Source: Alphaproteobacteria bacterium (GTDB lineage: Bacteria > Patescibacteriota > Minisyncoccia > Phycocordibacterales > JABAAK01). From it: DNA of 64,000 nt. Under the pieces are notes generated by a model, which had not been told where the DNA came from, did not search any database, and saw nothing but the letters and a program-made list of their open reading frames with translations. Shown here in pieces: positions 59,673 through 64,000 of this stretch. Where the stretch lies: positions 18,013 to 82,012 of the forward strand of contig JASGCN010000001.1 in assembly GCA_030054135.1 (NCBI GenBank). The letters run 5' to 3'. The translations under genes were made by a program, and so were the position numbers. Each line of letters begins with the position of its first letter. Within the stretch, counting starts at the first letter, position 1.

Positions 59673-59939
59673 CTATGTACCTATTTTTGCAATAGTGGCA
59701 AGTAACCGTGATTTTTTACGGGCACCGTTATTTGCCTTGATGATGCCTCTTTTCACTGCTTTGTCTATCGCTTGTTGCGCAAGAGTGAACAATTTTTTTG
59801 CTTCAGTTTTATTTTTTTCAGTAACAGCTTTTTTTACAGCATGCATAGTGTCTTTCATTGCTCTATCTTTTCGTATATTGAATACGCGCTTATTTTTTGA
59901 AGCACGGAGTGCTTTTTTTGCTGACAATATTATTGGCAT
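59673..59939 (-). CDS. rpsT: 30S ribosomal protein S20
   Basis: MPIILSAKKALRASKNKRVFNIRK...KRGIIKANNGARKKSRL. S20 pattern and size (88 aa). Confidence 0.8.
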   Translation of the reverse strand: MPIILSAKKALRASKNKRVFNIRKDRAMKDTMHAVKKAVTEKNKTEAKKLFTLAQQAIDKAVKRGIIKANNGARKKSRLLATIAKIGT

Positions 59940-60019
59940 ATAAATACTTTAGCATAGCAGTATATCTATACGCTAGAGTGAAAAAGTAGATCAAGATAAT
60001 AACAGAGTATGATAGATAT

Positions 60020-60592
60020 ATGATAGGTTTACTCACAGGAACAATTATCGACGCAGGTAAGGACAATGTGCTTGTTTCCACCGAAGGAGGTGTGGGGTAT
60101 TTAGTACAGGTGACTTCATCAATAAAAAAAGAGCTTCTTGTAAAAAAGAAAGCAACACTCTACACACATCTTGCTATAAAACAAAATGGCATGGATTTGT
60201 ATGGGTTTGCCACACAAAGTGAATATTCTGTTTTTTTGCTCATGTTAACTGTGTCTGGCGTTGGCCCAAAATCTGCGCTTTCAATTCTTTCTCATGCTTC
60301 TCCTGAAGATATACTTATGTGCATTCGTGGGAAAGATAGCAACACTTTGCACCATGTATATGGCATTAGCAAAAAACAGGCAGATAAAATTATTCTTGAA
60401 TTGTCTGGTAAGGTGGATTCAGTTGATGGATATGAGCATAAAGATGTTGCAGATATTGTTATGGTACTGAGTACTTTGGGATATGAAAAAAAAGATATTC
60501 GTGAAGTGGTAATGCAAATTAAAAACAAACAAGCGCCTCTTGAAGAGCAAACACAAGAAGCATTGCGTCTATTGCGTACTCGCACATCATAA
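60020..60592 (+). CDS. ruvA: Holliday junction DNA helicase subunit RuvA
   Basis: MIGLLTGTI... N-terminal OB domain. Central HhH pairs (GVGPKSALSIL; GISKKQADKIILEL). C-terminal domain III. Confidence 0.8.
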   Translation: MIGLLTGTIIDAGKDNVLVSTEGGVGYLVQVTSSIKKELLVKKKATLYTHLAIKQNGMDLYGFATQSEYSVFLLMLTVSGVGPKSALSILSHASPEDILMCIRGKDSNTLHHVYGISKKQADKIILELSGKVDSVDGYEHKDVADIVMVLSTLGYEKKDIREVVMQIKNKQAPLEEQTQEALRLLRTRTS

Positions 60593-60614
60593 TGCCAGAT
60601 GATATCATACCAGT

Positions 60615-61652
60615 ATGAAAGCCATTCCAGTGCTCATGATGATTATAGTAGCAGGAATTATTTTTTTATTAGTGCAGGAACAAATTTTTTATGCACGCAG
60701 TGATATTTCTCAAAGCAATGGCACAGGAGACATACTTGTTGATCTTCTTGATGGCGGATCTTTACAAGGAAACACATTTAATACCAGTTCTATTGTCACT
60801 CAAAAAGATGCAGTAGTAGAGCCTCCATTGAATGTCTTCACTGGAAATAACACACTTGCTCTTAAAAAAGGAATTGCGTCAGGACACATTAGCCACACAG
60901 TGCCAGAAAATATAAACGCAACACTTCTTACTGCATATGTTGATTATGTTTCTGCACAATACACACCATCTCCGTTTGCAGGACTGGTTGCTTTCTACGA
61001 TATTCCGTTACGAAAAACAACTGTGGCACAAGAACAAAATGTATTATTGTGGGGGACACATCACATTACCTCTTCAGTAAACATTACTGGTTGGAAGTTG
61101 GTCAATCATCGTACACGCAACTACTACACGCTTCCCAGTGCCATTGAACAATTCAATGTACCTGCGAGTGCTGGTGGATCAGTGCAAGCTCCGTTGCAAT
61201 TGAAAACACAAGACATTGTATTTGTAAATTCAGGACGATCGCCCACGGGGTATTCATTTAAAGTAAATACTTGTACTGGATTTCGAACACAATTTTTTAT
61301 TTTTAATCCACCCATTAAACAACGGTGTCCAAGTCCGCAACAACTACTTGCTGAAAGTGGGTATGAAGCTGGGAGAGATCCGTTGTGTTTAAATGCAGTA
61401 ATAGGATTCCCGCGATGTACTGCGCTTACCACCGCAACACAAGCAACTATTCCACAATCTTGTATTGACATCGTACAGAGACAGGTAACGGAAGAATCCT
61501 GTATCAGACAGAGAAGATTTGATGCAAATTTTCTTGTAAAAGAATGGCGTGTATATTTGGAAAGTGGATCGGCGATATGGCCAACAGCTACCAACAATGC
61601 AATTTATCTATTAGATGCTCAAGATCGTTTGGTTGCAACCTACATTTATTAA
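60615..61652 (+). CDS. membrane-anchored hypothetical protein (345 aa)
   Basis: N-terminal TM. Cys-rich C-terminal half. No homology recognised. Confidence 0.4.
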   Translation: MKAIPVLMMIIVAGIIFLLVQEQIFYARSDISQSNGTGDILVDLLDGGSLQGNTFNTSSIVTQKDAVVEPPLNVFTGNNTLALKKGIASGHISHTVPENINATLLTAYVDYVSAQYTPSPFAGLVAFYDIPLRKTTVAQEQNVLLWGTHHITSSVNITGWKLVNHRTRNYYTLPSAIEQFNVPASAGGSVQAPLQLKTQDIVFVNSGRSPTGYSFKVNTCTGFRTQFFIFNPPIKQRCPSPQQLLAESGYEAGRDPLCLNAVIGFPRCTALTTATQATIPQSCIDIVQRQVTEESCIRQRRFDANFLVKEWRVYLESGSAIWPTATNNAIYLLDAQDRLVATYIY

Positions 61653-61888
61653 TATTATAAAAAATATATTGCAAGCCCAAGTGAAATAATTCCAATAATG
61701 ATGAGATCTGATTCAACCTTCATACTTCTAGTATATGGCAAAAACAAAAAATGTATAGTATTATTTTGTTACCGACGGTGCGGTGGGTAACTCCCATCTA
61801 CGCCGACCATTTTTTATACATAGGTACGGCGGTTGCGAATAACATGTATTCGTGTAAAAAAAACAGTACGATAGACATATACAATATA

Positions 61889-61961
61889 CCGCCCATAGCT
61901 CAGCTGGTAGAGCAACCGCCTTTTAAGCGGTGGGTCGCAGGTTCGATTCCTGCTGGGCGGA
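61889..61961 (+). tRNA. tRNA-Lys (anticodon TTT)
   Basis: Acceptor ccgccca/tgggcgg. D stem gctc/gagc. Anticodon stem accgc/gcggt with loop cttttaa. T arm gcagg-ttcgatt-cctgc. CCA is not encoded. Confidence 0.8.
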
Positions 61962-62069
61962 CTAATGGCTCGCAGATACATATTATCTGCTCGTTAAAGT
62001 GTAGAAAAACAAAAGTTAAAAGTTAAAACGAAAAGAAAGCGTACAGTATCTTAACGAAGAGATGGCATA

Positions 62070-62957
62070 TTATCTCCGAGTAAGTTCTAAAGTAAAGCGT
62101 TTCGTATTTTTGCGACATGTATAGGAACAAAACGCTGGAGCATGTGGCGCACAGGTTTCACACATCAGCACATGGGTATGACATTCATCATTTGCACAAT
62201 CAATATATCTTTCAGTTGATTGTTTGCACTTTGTGCATTCACCAACTACATCATGGGTGCTGGTAGTATGCATAACTTTTCTTTTATCAAATGTGTACAG
62301 TGATCCAGAAAAATACCCATGAGGGTATTCTTCCAGATAGGTGTGTATACCTCCATCAAGCTGACATACTTCTGTAAATCCTTGATCAAGTAAGTATGCA
62401 GACATTTTTTCACAACGCACACCACCAGTGCAAACAGTTACAATTTTTTTATTACGATATTGATTAAGTGTTGGAATTGCTTTTGGTAAATCACGAGCGT
62501 GATTAAGATGAGGATTAACAGTATGTTTGAAAAAGCCAGAAGCAAGTTCGTACTCATTGCGCATATCTACCACTACAAAGTCTTTTTCTTCTTGAAACAT
62601 TTTGTGAAGTTCCGTTGGGGATATATGTGTTGCCGTGCGTACTTGTGGATCAATATGTTTAGGAAACTTGGTACCTACAATTTCATCTCTTATTTTTATT
62701 GAACATTTTGGAAATGTATCTCCATTGCTTGTGCTTTTTTTAATATGCATATTTTTAAACAATGGATTGTTATGAATTTCTGCAATAACATCTGGCACAT
62801 CACTTGTTAGTATTTCTATCGTGCTATTAAATCCTTCTTTGGCAATAATAGTACGCCCTTTTGCTTTATAGTGGTGAGATATATTTTTATACCAAGTACG
62901 GATTGCCTGTGGGTCTGGTATGGTGATGTATTGATACATGAGTAGTGTTGTGTACAT
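62070..62957 (-). CDS. trhO: rhodanese-domain protein, tRNA U34 hydroxylase TrhO (YceA/UPF0176) family
   Basis: N-terminal MYTTLLMYQYITIPDP. Rhodanese active-site region VCTGGVRCEK. C-terminal Cys cluster. Start set at the internal ATG at 62957. Confidence 0.7.
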   Translation of the reverse strand: MYTTLLMYQYITIPDPQAIRTWYKNISHHYKAKGRTIIAKEGFNSTIEILTSDVPDVIAEIHNNPLFKNMHIKKSTSNGDTFPKCSIKIRDEIVGTKFPKHIDPQVRTATHISPTELHKMFQEEKDFVVVDMRNEYELASGFFKHTVNPHLNHARDLPKAIPTLNQYRNKKIVTVCTGGVRCEKMSAYLLDQGFTEVCQLDGGIHTYLEEYPHGYFSGSLYTFDKRKVMHTTSTHDVVGECTKCKQSTERYIDCANDECHTHVLMCETCAPHAPAFCSYTCRKNTKRFTLELTRR

Positions 62958-63017
62958 AGTGTCTACTATATCAAATTGTGTTCTCAAAATGAAATTACAA
63001 CATGATATGATGTAGAT

Positions 63018-63536
63018 ATGGCAGATCATACGCATATTGGATGGGCAATTCCGGTAAGTAAAAAAAAATATAGCAAAGAGAGAGAAATAATATATGTGTT
63101 GGTAGGGATTACCTTTGTGCTTTGGGCTTTGTTTGCCAAACAGTATGTTTTTGCTTTATTGCTTTCTGTATATTCAGTGATACTGATACAAATTCATAGA
63201 AAAGATCCAACAATGACCTATCACGCATTTACTGATAAAGGATTTGTGTATAATAACGAAAAAACAATTCTCTATGAACATATTGTGGGATATAATTTTA
63301 TAGATATACCAGACGAATACGCACACATGCTCATCGCTGCACAAGAGCCAGTTGAAATTATAACAAACACAACAGAGCAAGAGAGCACTATACCACCCAC
63401 AACATATCGTGTGTATACTGTGCAGGTGTTTGATTCTAATGTAGAAAATCTTGAGAAAGTTTTTAGAGATAACAATATCCAATATCAAAAACAATTGCAA
63501 TTGCCTCTTATAGATTTTTTGTCACGATATGTATAG
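63018..63536 (+). CDS. hypothetical membrane protein (172 aa)
   Basis: One TM (IIYVLVGITFVLWALFA). No motif recognised. Confidence 0.35.
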   Translation: MADHTHIGWAIPVSKKKYSKEREIIYVLVGITFVLWALFAKQYVFALLLSVYSVILIQIHRKDPTMTYHAFTDKGFVYNNEKTILYEHIVGYNFIDIPDEYAHMLIAAQEPVEIITNTTEQESTIPPTTYRVYTVQVFDSNVENLEKVFRDNNIQYQKQLQLPLIDFLSRYV

Positions 63537-63557
63537 CACAATATCTATGACGAATAC

Positions 63558-64000
63558 ATGTTACCATTGAATATGCAAGAAGAAACTGCTTTAGTTTTTT
63601 TTCAAGAAAATAATTATGTGTATATGGTGCTTCTCATGGCTATTGTAGTGTTGATTATATTGGCATTTGTACGATACATCAGTGTATGGCTATACCGTCT
63701 TGCAAAAGTTCCTGCGAAGGAAACAGAAGAATCGTTCGCTATGCATATTTTCCGTCACATAGGATTTATTTTTGCAGTGTCTAGTGGTGTGTGGGTCGGG
63801 CTTTCGTATTTGGTGCTTCCAGCAGATTCTTTTGTACGAGACATCAAAGAAGCGATGTTTTTTATTTCTTTAATTTCTTTGGGATATGGGTGTATGCGTG
63901 GTGTGCAAGAAACATTTATTGTACGCATAAAAAACTTACTTCCTTCTGAAACATTGAGAGCCTCTTTTTTGCCAGTGGCAAGTATACTTACACAAATTAC
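63558..64000 (+). CDS. partial (5' portion) membrane protein, possibly mechanosensitive-channel-like; continues beyond the window
   Basis: Open frame from ATG 63558 to the window end with 3 hydrophobic helices. Not in the track because no stop falls inside the window. Confidence 0.3.
   Translation, partial: MLPLNMQEETALVFFQENNYVYMVLLMAIVVLIILAFVRYISVWLYRLAKVPAKETEESFAMHIFRHIGFIFAVSSGVWVGLSYLVLPADSFVRDIKEAMFFISLISLGYGCMRGVQETFIVRIKNLLPSETLRASFLPVASILTQI

Noticed and set aside
61751-62026. 91-aa plus ORF
   Set aside because: It contains tRNA-Lys(TTT) in its middle, so it is spurious.
1-64000. Alternative genetic code (UGA recoding)
   Set aside because: Very long uninterrupted ORFs (up to 1353 aa), with normal TAA, TAG and TGA stops at expected gene ends, indicate standard code 11.
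1-64000. CRISPR array, rRNA genes, IS transposase or integrase genes
   Set aside because: No regularly spaced direct repeats, no rRNA-like conserved blocks and no transposase or integrase motifs other than the housekeeping Xer recombinase were seen. The only candidate mobile elements are the non-coding structured repeats.

Overview
This 64 kb window is AT-rich (roughly one-third GC) and standard-code; long ORFs are intact, so UGA is not recoded. It looks like a small-genome, CPR-like bacterium. It contains the chromosomal replication origin (rpmH-rnpA-yidC on the minus strand, dnaA-dnaN on the plus strand, with DnaA-box-like motifs between dnaA and dnaN). It also carries many housekeeping genes (cca, xth, pyrH, xer, rpsO, pnp, comM, uvrD-like, rsmA, PBP1A, ruvCB, pilB/gspE-like ATPase, tsaE, polA, MacAB-like ABC efflux, leuS, rpsT, ruvA, trhO) and six tRNAs. 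Two accessory regions stand out. First, a ~18 kb co-directional operon (13.8-32.1 kb) encodes a type IV secretion-like apparatus. It comprises a VirB3-like 2-TM protein, a VirB4 ATPase split into two adjacent ORFs in different frames, and a polytopic VirB6-like protein with C-terminal 27-bp tandem repeats. The remainder is small membrane proteins, several secreted or membrane-anchored proteins and a 1353-aa giant protein. No relaxase or VirD4 was recognised. Second, a ~3.4 kb restriction-modification cassette (XRE/C-protein-like HTH, beta-class DNA methyltransferase, large putative endonuclease, small TM protein) sits between a tRNA pair and leuS. It is bracketed by two inverted ~135-160-nt GC-rich homologous elements whose 14-15-bp hairpin stems differ by compensatory changes. 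A ~150-nt long irregular hairpin with a central bubble (6S-RNA-like architecture) lies immediately upstream of this cassette. A 155-bp element with TIR-like ends abuts another tRNA. rpmH (41 aa) is absent from the supplied ORF track.
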